From a virus (lineage: Duplodnaviria; Caudoviricetes), in the IMG/VR virus record IMGVR_UViG_3300047374_000128, positions 1 through 27,610 of that record: a DNA stretch of 27,610 nucleotides; one strand, written 5' to 3'. Positions within the stretch are counted from its first letter, which is position 1. Every line of letters begins with the position of its first letter. The notes beneath the pieces were generated by a model. It was not told where the DNA came from, did not search any database, and saw only the letters and a list, made by a program, of their open reading frames with translations. This document shows, one piece after another, positions 15,164-23,294 of the stretch. The position numbers were made by a program, and so were the translations under genes.

Positions 15164-16119
15164 GCAGCGACTGCCATCTCAACTGCGAGTTCCGCAGCCT
15201 TCTTCTTCTTGACACCGTTTGCACCGTACCATGCAGAAGTCATACGACCGTCAGCAGTACGACCCGCGACGTGGTCAGTCAAGTAGGTCACAGAGTTGAA
15301 TGCCTGCCACCATGAACCGCGACCGAACTCAGCGCCGGGTTGAGTCTCCAACAACTCAAACGCCTTCTTCGCATTAGGTGCGAGATCCTTGTACTCACGT
15401 ACTTCATCGGCAGGTGCCTGTGATGGGAACAGAGTGTTGTAGTAACTGATCAGTGACTCCGCAGTGAACTGTCGCGATGACAGGAACTGCGCCATCTCTT
15501 TGTACTGGTCAAACTTCTCGTGAGCAAGACCCAAGTGTTGCTTGACCATCTGTGGGTCAAACGCACGTCGGTGATTCACCTTGATACCATTGTTCGCAGA
15601 ACCCTTCAGGGCCAGAGACAACGTGTTCATGCAGGTCACACGAATCGGAGTGAATCGAATATCGATCGACTTACCGTACTCGTGTGGGTTAGAGAACAGA
15701 AGGTATGAATCAACTTGGTCACCCTTCAACACGTCGAACGACTCTTTGATCTTCGCGAGTGCGTAGACGAACTTACCGCCCTTGAGTGAACCCGCAGAGT
15801 TCATTTCCATGTCACCCGCAGCGCAGTACTCATTGAAGAACGTGAACGCTTCTAGGTTCTGACAAGGTTCCCAGTTACCACCCACCTGAGTGAGAACTGC
15901 GTTGTCAGAAGAACGCACCAGCGCCTCCATACCTGTAGGGATCAGATCGACACCCTCTTTTGCAGCGTAGGTAGGGACTTTATCTACTGTCCAATCTACA
16001 CCTGCTTTCTCCATCATTTGCATCGGCGTCATGTCACTAGACACTTCAGTACCGATACCCCAAGGACATCCACCTACTGCGGCGGCTGTTTCGATTTGCA
16101 ATACATTGTTAAGACTCAT
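15160..16119 (-). CDS. DUF932/DUF945 (TIGR03299-type) phage/plasmid protein
   Basis: PW.G, AGVDWTV, QNLEAF.FF, AGSLKGGK, YLLFSNPH, TPIRVTCMNTL and GSWWQAFNSVTYLTDH motifs. Confidence 0.88.
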   Translation of the reverse strand: MSLNNVLQIETAAAVGGCPWGIGTEVSSDMTPMQMMEKAGVDWTVDKVPTYAAKEGVDLIPTGMEALVRSSDNAVLTQVGGNWEPCQNLEAFTFFNEYCAAGDMEMNSAGSLKGGKFVYALAKIKESFDVLKGDQVDSYLLFSNPHEYGKSIDIRFTPIRVTCMNTLSLALKGSANNGIKVNHRRAFDPQMVKQHLGLAHEKFDQYKEMAQFLSSRQFTAESLISYYNTLFPSQAPADEVREYKDLAPNAKKAFELLETQPGAEFGRGSWWQAFNSVTYLTDHVAGRTADGRMTSAWYGANGVKKKKAAELAVEMAVAA

Positions 16120-16121
16120 AA

Positions 16122-16331
16122 TTAAATTCCATCCGGTCGATAAGTTTCAAAAAGTTCTTTGGCTTCGGTTTCGAGACCAAGTTCAGCGAGACGATCCATC
16201 GTCACTCGAATACGTTGGGACTCATCGCGTCCCTTCACGTAGTAACGATGATCGTCAGAAAAGTGGTAGAACCAATCGTGGTTCTGAAGCATCTGCTCAA
16301 GCAGTTCTAACTGGACATCTTGCTGACTCAT
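16122..16331 (-). CDS. hypothetical protein (HDWxYxxSDD family)
   Basis: LQNHDWFYHFSDDHRYY.KG motif; GGAGG RBS; TAATG coupling. Confidence 0.75.
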   Translation of the reverse strand: MSQQDVQLELLEQMLQNHDWFYHFSDDHRYYVKGRDESQRIRVTMDRLAELGLETEAKELFETYRPDGI

Positions 16332-16624
16332 TACGCAGCCTCCTTTCGCTCACGGGCATCCAAGATCATGTCACGGACATATTCACGATCAACAGTATCT
16401 CCGTCAAAGTCAACAGAAGGACGGTAGTTGAATCGGTCGATCATGCCTTGACAGATCTCAGCGATAGTGAAGTCATAGGGGTAGATCGCCTCTTCACCGC
16501 AGTAGAACAACTGCATGTACTCGATGAAGTCAAGCACTTCAGATACAGTCAACTCTGGATCGTTGGGGCGGAACGCACATCGGTAGTACTCAGTAACAGC
16601 GTGGATTTCTAAAATATCAGTCAT
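16331..16624 (-). CDS. hypothetical early protein
   Basis: Acidic ORF with FDGDTVDREYVRD motif; ATG at 16624 follows a GAGAGAG leader and promoter. Confidence 0.75.
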   Translation of the reverse strand: MTDILEIHAVTEYYRCAFRPNDPELTVSEVLDFIEYMQLFYCGEEAIYPYDFTIAEICQGMIDRFNYRPSVDFDGDTVDREYVRDMILDARERKEAA

Positions 16625-16661
16625 AATCAAAACTCTCTCTATCTCATTAACTTACAAGGTA

Positions 16662-16727
16662 AGTATAACATGATTTCAAAACATCCGTCAACACTTTTTG
16701 AAAAAAAGTTTATGTGAATTTTACACA
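16662..16727 (-). promoter_or_regulatory. sigma70-type early promoter cassette, copy 2
   Basis: TTGACG(16691-16686)-18 bp-TATACT(16667-16662); A-tracts; TGTGAATTTTACACA at 16713-16727. Confidence 0.75.
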
Positions 16728-16798
16728 TCTTCTTCTTCGTTTTTCTCAACCCCTACGACTAGGAAAGGAACAATTGCAACCCACTCCGGAGAAAACAT
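16721..16798 (-). CDS. possible 25-aa microprotein
   Basis: MFSPEWVAIVPFLVVGVEKNEEEDV*; TAATG-coupled to the upstream gene and ends at the promoter cassette. Confidence 0.35.
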   Translation of the reverse strand: MFSPEWVAIVPFLVVGVEKNEEEDV

Positions 16799-17247
16799 TA
16801 TGCAGCTGCCTCATACTCTTCGTAGGTACAATCAATTCGTCCACCACCTGACACCTGAATCCAAGTGTTCATGGCAACGGGTTTGAGGTCGAAGAACGAC
16901 TTCGACTCACGCGAACAGTGAAGCTCACCACGCACCCCATCAACGTGAGAAACATAGATGGGTTCTTCCCACTCCTCAACGTGGTCTGACTCCACGAAGT
17001 CGATAGCATCGACGACGGACTCAGAGATGACGTACTCCTCAGAGTACGCAGAAGAATGGGTGATGACCTTAGTCACCGTATCCCACCACTGCGAATTAGC
17101 GATGTCCGCCGCAGACGCGGAGACGATATAGGTGGAGCCGCCTTTGGACTTCCAGTGCTGAGGGCAGTAACCCTCACCGTCCCAATCATGGGCACCGTAG
17201 TTCTCACGGTACTGAGTGTGGAAAACAACGCGAATTGAATTAGACAT
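16798..17247 (-). CDS. conserved hypothetical phage early protein
   Basis: TQYRENYGAHDWDGEG.CPQ.WK.KGG motif; GAGGG RBS. Confidence 0.8.
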   Translation of the reverse strand: MSNSIRVVFHTQYRENYGAHDWDGEGYCPQHWKSKGGSTYIVSASAADIANSQWWDTVTKVITHSSAYSEEYVISESVVDAIDFVESDHVEEWEEPIYVSHVDGVRGELHCSRESKSFFDLKPVAMNTWIQVSGGGRIDCTYEEYEAAA

Positions 17248-17259
17248 AACAAAACCCTC

Positions 17260-17403
17260 TTAGGTATAAAGTAGACCGTAACCCATCATGAAACCAAGTG
17301 CCATTCCCATACAGACCAAAGTCAAGTAGGCAATGAAACCACCGTTACTGATTTCTGGTTCTTTCTTTCGTTCGCGACGAACGTGATCTCGATAAGGACT
17401 CAT
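17260..17403 (-). CDS. small membrane protein (47 aa, not in ORF track)
   Basis: Manual translation MSPYRDHVRRERKKEPEISNGGFIAYLTLVCMGMALGFMMGYGLLYT*; ATGA overlap; basic N-terminus plus TM segment. Confidence 0.65.
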   Translation of the reverse strand: MSPYRDHVRRERKKEPEISNGGFIAYLTLVCMGMALGFMMGYGLLYT

Positions 17404-17567
17404 TGTAGTGGAATCTCCATTTTAGGGCCGACAAACTCGTTGAGTCGGCGTTGAACTTCTTCGAACATCAAAGTGTATTTGCGACCCTCAAGTTGGCGAA
17501 TGCGCATCGGGCACACTTCGTACTTCAGCTTCTCATCATACATCGCAATCTTTTCTTCGTAGGTCAT
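17400..17567 (-). CDS. hypothetical early protein
   Basis: ORF after promoter copy 3; start MTYEEK chosen from the spacing to the GAGAGAG leader. Confidence 0.7.
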   Translation of the reverse strand: MTYEEKIAMYDEKLKYEVCPMRIRQLEGRKYTLMFEEVQRRLNEFVGPKMEIPLQ

Positions 17568-17596
17568 AATCATCTCTCTCATCACTTTATGTACCC

Positions 17597-17659
17597 ATTA
17601 TACCAAGTTTTGAAAATAAGTCAACACTTTTTTGAAACTTTTTTGTGTGAATATTCACA
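17597..17659 (-). promoter_or_regulatory. sigma70-type early promoter cassette, copy 3
   Basis: TTGACT(17624-17619)-16 bp-TATAAT(17602-17597); perfect palindrome TGTGAATATTCACA at 17646-17659; upstream part nearly identical to 541-583. Confidence 0.8.
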
Positions 17660-17804
17660 AACTGGATTTCTCCAGCTTCTCGATTTTGAGTTGAAGTGCG
17701 AGGATCGCGTCCTCGACACGTGCGTTGTCTTCGGGAGACAACTCCCCGCGTACCTCACAGAGGCACATCAACTCGTTATAAAGATTACCTAATACTGCAT
17801 CCAT
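17655..17804 (-). CDS. small hypothetical protein (49 aa, not in ORF track)
   Basis: Manual translation MDAVLGNLYNELMCLCEVRGELSPEDNARVEDAILALQLKIEKLEKSSL*; GGAGG RBS; TAATG coupling. Confidence 0.7.
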   Translation of the reverse strand: MDAVLGNLYNELMCLCEVRGELSPEDNARVEDAILALQLKIEKLEKSSL

Positions 17805-17980
17805 TACACAACCTCCAAGAAAGCATATTGTGGGTTGACAAACATATTGTCAAACATACCGATTTCGTCGAAACCGAACAAAGTCATCGCAGTGTCGATT
17901 TCATCCTTTTCCATCACGATCAACTCGTGGCCAGTGGGGATACGACCCACAAACTCATTAATGTTTTCAATCAAAATCAT
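17804..17980 (-). CDS. small hypothetical protein (58 aa, not in ORF track)
   Basis: Manual translation MILIENINEFVGRIPTGHELIVMEKDEIDTAMTLFGFDEIGMFDNMFVNPQYAFLEVV*; AGAGAG leader after a promoter. Confidence 0.7.
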   Translation of the reverse strand: MILIENINEFVGRIPTGHELIVMEKDEIDTAMTLFGFDEIGMFDNMFVNPQYAFLEVV

Positions 17981-18012
17981 AATATCACTCTCTATCTCAA
18001 CTTTACATACAC

Positions 18013-18066
18013 ATTATAGTGCATGTTTTGAAAAGACGCAAGAGTTATTTGTGGTATTTTTTCACA
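18013..18066 (-). promoter_or_regulatory. sigma70-type early promoter, divergent cassette copy
   Basis: TTGCGT(18041-18036)-17 bp-TATAAT(18018-18013); leader CTCAACTTTACATAcACATTATA almost identical to 503-525; TGTGG...TCACA element upstream. Confidence 0.7.
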
Positions 18067-18067
18067 T

Positions 18068-18481
18068 TTATTGTGGTAAATGTTTGGCGTGGATCTTACA
18101 ACCGATGAATGCGTTGTAGTAGTCTTCGCGTAGGAGCACATCGTACTCAAACTGGAGTTTTGCTTCGTAGTAGGAACACTCGCCTTTGGTACGGCAGAGT
18201 TTGAGGATCTCTCGTTTGTAGTTCTCACCGCCGCGTTGCACGACAGCCTCTTTGAGTTCTTGGCTAGATCCGTAGTATTTGCGCCAGTCAGACTCTACTC
18301 GCGTTTTCACTTTACGCTTTCGAGTCTTAGTCACTGGCAGTGTTTTAGGTTTCCAAAAGAACTTCTTACCGATATACTTCATACCAGTATCAAGCTCTGT
18401 AATCAGATAGACGAACCCTTGATAGTCTTCGAGAAAACCGTCTTCGGGTTCAAATGTGGTGTCTTCATATAACCATTCCAT
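18068..18481 (-). CDS. GIY-YIG (Seg-like) nuclease domain protein
   Basis: GFVYLIT...KYIGKK, YYGSS, REIL, YYEAK and YYN motifs. Confidence 0.8.
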   Translation of the reverse strand: MEWLYEDTTFEPEDGFLEDYQGFVYLITELDTGMKYIGKKFFWKPKTLPVTKTRKRKVKTRVESDWRKYYGSSQELKEAVVQRGGENYKREILKLCRTKGECSYYEAKLQFEYDVLLREDYYNAFIGCKIHAKHLPQ

Positions 18482-18505
18482 GAACCTATGTATAGGTCTG
18501 GTAAG

Positions 18506-18646
18506 TTATTCATCATCGGATGCTATTTCCGATTCGACATCCGCACCACACATAGGACAATGTCTAGGCATTTCATCCTCGTATGGTACTCGCACTATAG
18601 TGTTTATGTCGCAAATCGGGCACTCGATGTTGTATTCGGTGTCCAT
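18506..18646 (-). CDS. small zinc-ribbon protein (46 aa, not in ORF track)
   Basis: Manual translation MDTEYNIECPICDINTIVRVPYEDEMPRHCPMCGADVESEIASDDE*; two CxxC; GAGG RBS; TGATG coupling to nrdB. Confidence 0.8.
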   Translation of the reverse strand: MDTEYNIECPICDINTIVRVPYEDEMPRHCPMCGADVESEIASDDE

Positions 18647-19620
18647 CACGCTACCTCTAATTCTATATCCTCCCAACCGAAGTCTTCACCTTCCATACCT
18701 GCAACAGAGTATTCCGTTACACGCTTCTCAAAGAAGTTGTCATGGGATGCTCCATTAAGCACCCAGTCTAACCACGGCAGTGGGTTTTTCTTTTGATTAA
18801 ACAATGGTTTCATTCCTAACTGAAGCAGACGACGGTCAGCAATGTGACGTATATAGTCGCGGACTTCCTTCTTGGTTAGACCCTGAACCTCATTACCTTT
18901 AAATGCAAGTTGGATAAACTTCTCTTCCAACCTGACTGCGTTCTCAGCCATAGAATAAATCTTTGACTTGAGTTCGTCGTTCACGATGCGAGGATGTTCC
19001 TCACAGAACTCGCGAAACAACTTTGAGTTACCTTGTACGTGAATAGTCTCATCACGGATGGACCACTCGACGATTGTTGCCATACCCTTCATCTTTCCAA
19101 AACGTTGGAAGTTGAGCAGCATAACAAACGATGCGAAGACAGACATGCCTTCGTTAAACACCGACTGCGCTAACGCGAGAGCAAGTCCAGTGTGAGAGTT
19201 CGTTTCACCCTCTTTCATAAAATCGATCTTGTCTGCCATCTCCTTGTACTCTAGGAACTTGTGAAAGTCTTCGTCTGGCAGACCAAGTGTATCATTGAGA
19301 AGTGCGTATGCACGTTGGTGTACTGCTTCTCGTGCCGCAAACGATGACAACATGTTGCGGACTTCGTTGTTCTTGAACTTTGGTATCAACAGTTCGTGGT
19401 AGTTCTCCCCTACCTGTACATCCGACTGAGTAAATAATCTCAGTACGTGAGTAATAAATTCTTTCTCCGAATCTGTCAGCTTGGTTTTCCAATCTTGTAC
19501 ATCTTCTGACAGTTCTGCTTCATCTTCAATCCAGTGTATTTCCTCGTGTTTCTTTGATAGTTCAACCGCCCAAGGGTATTTGAACGGCTTATATGTTTCA
19601 GATGTTTTTAGTAATGACAT
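18646..19620 (-). CDS. nrdB: ribonucleotide reductase class Ia beta subunit
   Basis: W.EDE, FTQSDVQV, EAVHQRAY (metal ligands plus radical Tyr), NEG, RDETIH and NFFEKRVTEY motifs. Confidence 0.96.
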   Translation of the reverse strand: MSLLKTSETYKPFKYPWAVELSKKHEEIHWIEDEAELSEDVQDWKTKLTDSEKEFITHVLRLFTQSDVQVGENYHELLIPKFKNNEVRNMLSSFAAREAVHQRAYALLNDTLGLPDEDFHKFLEYKEMADKIDFMKEGETNSHTGLALALAQSVFNEGMSVFASFVMLLNFQRFGKMKGMATIVEWSIRDETIHVQGNSKLFREFCEEHPRIVNDELKSKIYSMAENAVRLEEKFIQLAFKGNEVQGLTKKEVRDYIRHIADRRLLQLGMKPLFNQKKNPLPWLDWVLNGASHDNFFEKRVTEYSVAGMEGEDFGWEDIELEVA

Positions 19621-19645
19621 ACTAATCCTTTATTTGAATTGTTTA

Positions 19646-21640
19646 TTAACCCTCGCAGGCCCGACATTCGTCGCCACCTTCAATTGGTTCGTACTCCACT
19701 TCACCCTTTAGATGCATCATAAGATCTTCATAACCACCTATGTACTTGCCTTCCAGATAAATTTGAGGAACTGTCTCGACTTTTCTTCCTGTGACCTCTG
19801 CGGCAGACTTCTTTATCTCCTCAAGGTCAACGTAGTCGTATCCTATGCCGCGTAGTGACAGTTCCTCTGCGGCCATCTTACAATACGGACAATCTTTTTT
19901 GCCGTAAAGTATGGTACGGTTATCGTCTTGCAACGCAACCCGTTCCACTTTGTCTGATACCGTCTCCGCACGAGACTTTGCCTCTGTGCGTAGATAGTAC
20001 AGACCTTTCAACCCCTTCCTCCAGGCCGTGAAATGCACCTTATTAACATAACGTTTCGGTGCTCCTGACGGGAAGAAAAGATTGACCGACTGACCTTGAC
20101 AGATGTACGGTTGTCTGTCAGCCGCATGTGTCACTACCCAGTTCTGATCCAGTTCTTGGGCAGTCTTAAAGACCGCCTTCTCACCTTCATTCAAGAACGG
20201 CAAGTGTTGAACTGATCCCTTTCGGGTAATGATACTAGACCACGTAGATTCGTTGTCCTGACCCTTTTCTTTGAGAAGGGTCGTGAGATACGAGTTCTTC
20301 ACTAAAAACGAACCTGCGCGAGTTCTGTGCGTGTAAGCACATGCCTTCAATGGTTCGATTGATGGTGACGTGGATAAGATGACTCCCGACGACGCGTTAG
20401 GTGCTATTGCTAATAGATGGGCATTGCGCATCCCTGAACCTAAACCGTCTGAGTATTCACCCCGCTCTTTCGCAAGGAGTCTTGATTCTTCTTTTGCTTC
20501 GTGGTTGATATGCTCAAACACGACTTTATTTATTTCTCGGGCTTTGTCTGATTCCCAAGCAACAAAGTGTTTTTGTAAAAGTGAGTGGAAACCCATTGCT
20601 CCCAGTCCAATGCTTCTTTCTCTCTCTGCCGAATAACGGGCGCGGGAAATACTATCTGGCGCATGATCGATGAAGTATTGGAGAACGTTATCCAGCATAC
20701 GAATAAGATCACGCACGATATTAGTGTCTTTCCATTCATCATAGTATTCCAAGTTTAGTGAAGACAAGCAACACACCGCAGTCCTTTCTGCAGAAGTAGG
20801 TAAGTGGATTTCATTGCACAAGTTTGATCCGTGAATGCGTAGTCCCTTTTCCTTTAATGGTGTCGGAAGGGCACGATTCGCAGTGTCAATGAAGTTTAGA
20901 TAGGGTTCACCTGTACGGAAACGCACCTCAAGAATTCGTTCCCACAACTTACGTGCACTGACAGAGTCTTTTACGATTCCGTCCTTTGGATCACGCAAGT
21001 CAAAATCTGTGTTGTTAATCACCGCAGCCATAAACTCATCGGTGATGTTGATCGCATTGTGGATGTTCAGCGCCTTACGTTGTACGTCGCCTGTAGGAAT
21101 GCGAATGTTTAGAAATTCTGTGATGTCTGGGTGGTGTACATCCAGATACGCCGCATAAGACCCCTTACGCGTCTTCCCTTGACGATACGCGATCATGTCT
21201 GCGTCTACTGTGTGTAGAAAAGGAATCGGGCCAGGCGCGATGTCAGAGACTGTACGCACGTCTCCCCAGTGACCGCCGACGCCGCCACCCATGACAGACA
21301 ACCAACGCAACTCGCTGGAGTGTTCTATCAGACCTTCTAGTGTGTCTGGTACATAAGTAAGGAAACAGGAGATGGGTAAACCGCGAGTCTTTGTACCTTC
21401 TTTAGGCGCGTTCGAGAGAACCGGAGACGCGAACATAAACCACTTTTTACTAACGTACTCGTAGAGTCTTTGTGCCAAGTACGGGTCCATTTCATCTTGA
21501 TATGTGGACCATGCCTCAGCTGCTCTTGCGTAAGCATCTTGAGGTGAATCTTCGCCTTCAATCATGTAAAAATCTTTTAGCATACCTACCGCATAATCTG
21601 TCAACAGATCGTCGCGGTCGTATTTCACATCTACTTTCAT
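19646..21640 (-). CDS. nrdA: ribonucleotide reductase class Ia alpha subunit with inserted C-terminal glutaredoxin domain
   Basis: ISCF, GGGVG, SNLCNEI, VCCLSS, APNASS and GLYYLR motifs; then CPYC...TVPQI..IGGYEDL; terminal CRACEG; no ATP cone. Confidence 0.96.
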   Translation of the reverse strand: MKVDVKYDRDDLLTDYAVGMLKDFYMIEGEDSPQDAYARAAEAWSTYQDEMDPYLAQRLYEYVSKKWFMFASPVLSNAPKEGTKTRGLPISCFLTYVPDTLEGLIEHSSELRWLSVMGGGVGGHWGDVRTVSDIAPGPIPFLHTVDADMIAYRQGKTRKGSYAAYLDVHHPDITEFLNIRIPTGDVQRKALNIHNAINITDEFMAAVINNTDFDLRDPKDGIVKDSVSARKLWERILEVRFRTGEPYLNFIDTANRALPTPLKEKGLRIHGSNLCNEIHLPTSAERTAVCCLSSLNLEYYDEWKDTNIVRDLIRMLDNVLQYFIDHAPDSISRARYSAERERSIGLGAMGFHSLLQKHFVAWESDKAREINKVVFEHINHEAKEESRLLAKERGEYSDGLGSGMRNAHLLAIAPNASSGVILSTSPSIEPLKACAYTHRTRAGSFLVKNSYLTTLLKEKGQDNESTWSSIITRKGSVQHLPFLNEGEKAVFKTAQELDQNWVVTHAADRQPYICQGQSVNLFFPSGAPKRYVNKVHFTAWRKGLKGLYYLRTEAKSRAETVSDKVERVALQDDNRTILYGKKDCPYCKMAAEELSLRGIGYDYVDLEEIKKSAAEVTGRKVETVPQIYLEGKYIGGYEDLMMHLKGEVEYEPIEGGDECRACEG

Positions 21641-21661
21641 TTTTATTCCAAACTGTAGAGG

Positions 21662-22132
21662 TTATCTTCCCAGAGAGAAGTAACCGTTTTCAAGTATCTT
21701 CGGTGCGATAGACTCGTAATGACGAATATCTTTCAGATAGTATATATGATCTGCGGCTTTTGCCCAGAGACCATCTTTAGGTTCTTTCTCAAAAACCTTA
21801 TACCATCTTTGTAACCATTCTTCGGGTGAATCGGGATCTCTGCGTACAGAGTTGTGAACCCACTTCATATATTGTTCGTTCGTTACAACCGACACATCTA
21901 GATAGATGCCTTGTTCTCGGCACTGAAACTTTGCTCGGGCCCAGCGACTACCTAATGTGACATCAATGGTCTCTGACACGATGATAAGATAAACGGTGTC
22001 TTCTCTGACTGAACAATACCGTATAGTATACGCAGTAAGTGTCGTCTTGTCAAGACCAGATATAACTTCATACGCTTTACTGTTGGTTTTTAGATTGTTC
22101 AAAACCGACGACATATTACTTCGAATAATCAT
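21662..22132 (-). CDS. hypothetical protein
   Basis: 156-aa ORF directly upstream of nrdA; start uncertain (22132 or 22114). Confidence 0.65.
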   Translation of the reverse strand: MIIRSNMSSVLNNLKTNSKAYEVISGLDKTTLTAYTIRYCSVREDTVYLIIVSETIDVTLGSRWARAKFQCREQGIYLDVSVVTNEQYMKWVHNSVRRDPDSPEEWLQRWYKVFEKEPKDGLWAKAADHIYYLKDIRHYESIAPKILENGYFSLGR

Positions 22133-22457
22133 AAAAAGGTTCGTCTTCTTGATAGTCGTAGTTTTCTATGACCATCTGCTTGTCGGTGTCCCAAAATTTT
22201 TGACAACAATCGATGATGTAGTCCAGTTGTTCTTTCCAATCGAACAAACCTTCCCACATGAGATGATTTGAAAACGAGAGAGACGGGTCATCGGTTAAGA
22301 ATCTACTATGAGAAAACTCTTCTCCGATATATCCTTTCATAGGAACATAGACAAGCCGAGACTCATCATATGACGGAAGTATCATATCGGGATCTTCGTT
22401 CGAAGATTCGAGTAAGATGATTTTAAAGTCCAAGCAGTCTATAATCTTCATGACCAA
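22116..22457 (-). CDS. hypothetical acidic protein
   Basis: 113-aa ORF after the putative promoter; probable ATG at 22451. Confidence 0.65.
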   Translation of the reverse strand: MVMKIIDCLDFKIILLESSNEDPDMILPSYDESRLVYVPMKGYIGEEFSHSRFLTDDPSLSFSNHLMWEGLFDWKEQLDYIIDCCQKFWDTDKQMVIENYDYQEDEPFYDYSK

Positions 22458-22476
22458 ACCTTTAATTTGATGTAGA

Positions 22477-22506
22477 AGTATATAGTATTTTGGGGTACTT
22501 TGTAAA
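22477..22506 (-). promoter_or_regulatory. putative sigma70 promoter of the nrd operon
   Basis: TTTACA(22506-22501)-18 bp-TATACT(22482-22477). Confidence 0.55.
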
Positions 22507-22513
22507 GGGGATA

Positions 22514-22693
22514 TTAGACTTTTTTTGGTAGGATTCTGCGCAAAATCTCGACAGCATCTTTGCGCTTATTTTTTCGGTCGTACTTCTTACGAACAATAAC
22601 GGTCGATGAGTCACTGCCTGCGCCTGGAACCTGACTGGTGTTGTTCGTGATCTCTTCATCGAACTGCTTCATGAATTCTTTAAAATTTTTCAT
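22514..22693 (-). CDS. small basic protein with capsid-targeting-like N-terminus (59 aa, not in ORF track)
   Basis: Manual translation MKNFKEFMKQFDEEITNNTSQVPGAGSDSSTVIVRKKYDRKNKRKDAVEILRRILPKKV*. Confidence 0.75.
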   Translation of the reverse strand: MKNFKEFMKQFDEEITNNTSQVPGAGSDSSTVIVRKKYDRKNKRKDAVEILRRILPKKV

Positions 22694-22694
22694 A

Positions 22695-23294
22695 TTAGTT
22701 ATGTTCTATCGTCGAGCCTATCGTATCGTCTATGTAAGATGTGCAAAGGGTTTTACACCATTTACCATATTTATCACAATTGTGATGTAACCATGCGTCG
22801 GAATTAGTAAAAACCTTTTCCTGTTTATCAACTGACAATAAAGACTTTGCGACATTAGGCGTAATATAATAAGCAGATCCCGCGTGGGTTTTTTTAATTA
22901 TACGTCCCGATGGCATAACAGCTCTTGAATGAGACATACAAACCATATCATATTTGTATACGATTGGATTTATTTTATTTAAAAGAAGAGTATCGTGTTC
23001 TATGACTATGATCGGAGTATTTTCTTCCCAACACTTCTTCCACATAAAATAGTGGCTGTACCATACAGCTTTCTCAGTGTCAGTGAATTCAACCTCTAAG
23101 TTTTTACTAAACTTGTACTTGAGTCCAAAGGGTAAAAAATTACAATCTTCGTTTAAATCTTTTGGCGTTTTTGCTTCGAAGTGGTTTACATTAAACCCAA
23201 ACTTCTCCCACGTTGGAACACATATATTTTTATAATGTTGAGAGATTGGATTATCGGTAATCGATATCATCCATACTTCAGGGCGCATGATCAT
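22695..23294 (-). CDS. glycosyltransferase family 25-like protein (AT-rich)
   Basis: VWMISI, FTDTEKAVWYSHYFMW, VIEHD, AYYITP and NSD motifs. Confidence 0.8.
   Translation of the reverse strand: MIMRPEVWMISITDNPISQHYKNICVPTWEKFGFNVNHFEAKTPKDLNEDCNFLPFGLKYKFSKNLEVEFTDTEKAVWYSHYFMWKKCWEENTPIIVIEHDTLLLNKINPIVYKYDMVCMSHSRAVMPSGRIIKKTHAGSAYYITPNVAKSLLSVDKQEKVFTNSDAWLHHNCDKYGKWCKTLCTSYIDDTIGSTIEHN

Noticed and set aside
16031-16612. 193-aa plus-strand ORF
   Set aside because: Antisense shadow of three coupled minus-strand genes with RBSs; no RBS, promoter or motif of its own
541-17659. CRISPR-like or transposon-end interpretation of the roughly 40-bp repeats
   Set aside because: Copies are dispersed, co-oriented and each coincides with a -35/-10 promoter; no regular spacers, cas gene or transposase
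17646-17659. Canonical CRP or Rex site
   Set aside because: Half-site spacing is 2 bp shorter than CRP (TGTGA-N6-TCACA) and Rex (TTGTGAA-N4-TTCACAA), so it is left unassigned
17992-18228. 78-aa minus-strand track ORF
   Set aside because: Alternative frame of the GIY-YIG gene that runs through a promoter cassette
18646-21640. Group I intron or intein in nrdA/nrdB, suggested by the neighbouring GIY-YIG gene
   Set aside because: Both ORFs are uninterrupted, of expected size, and show no intein splice motifs
22462-22659. 65-aa track ORF MKRSRTTP
   Set aside because: The overlapping frame 22514-22693 (MKNFKEF) is coupled to the upstream gene and leaves the promoter intergenic, so it is preferred
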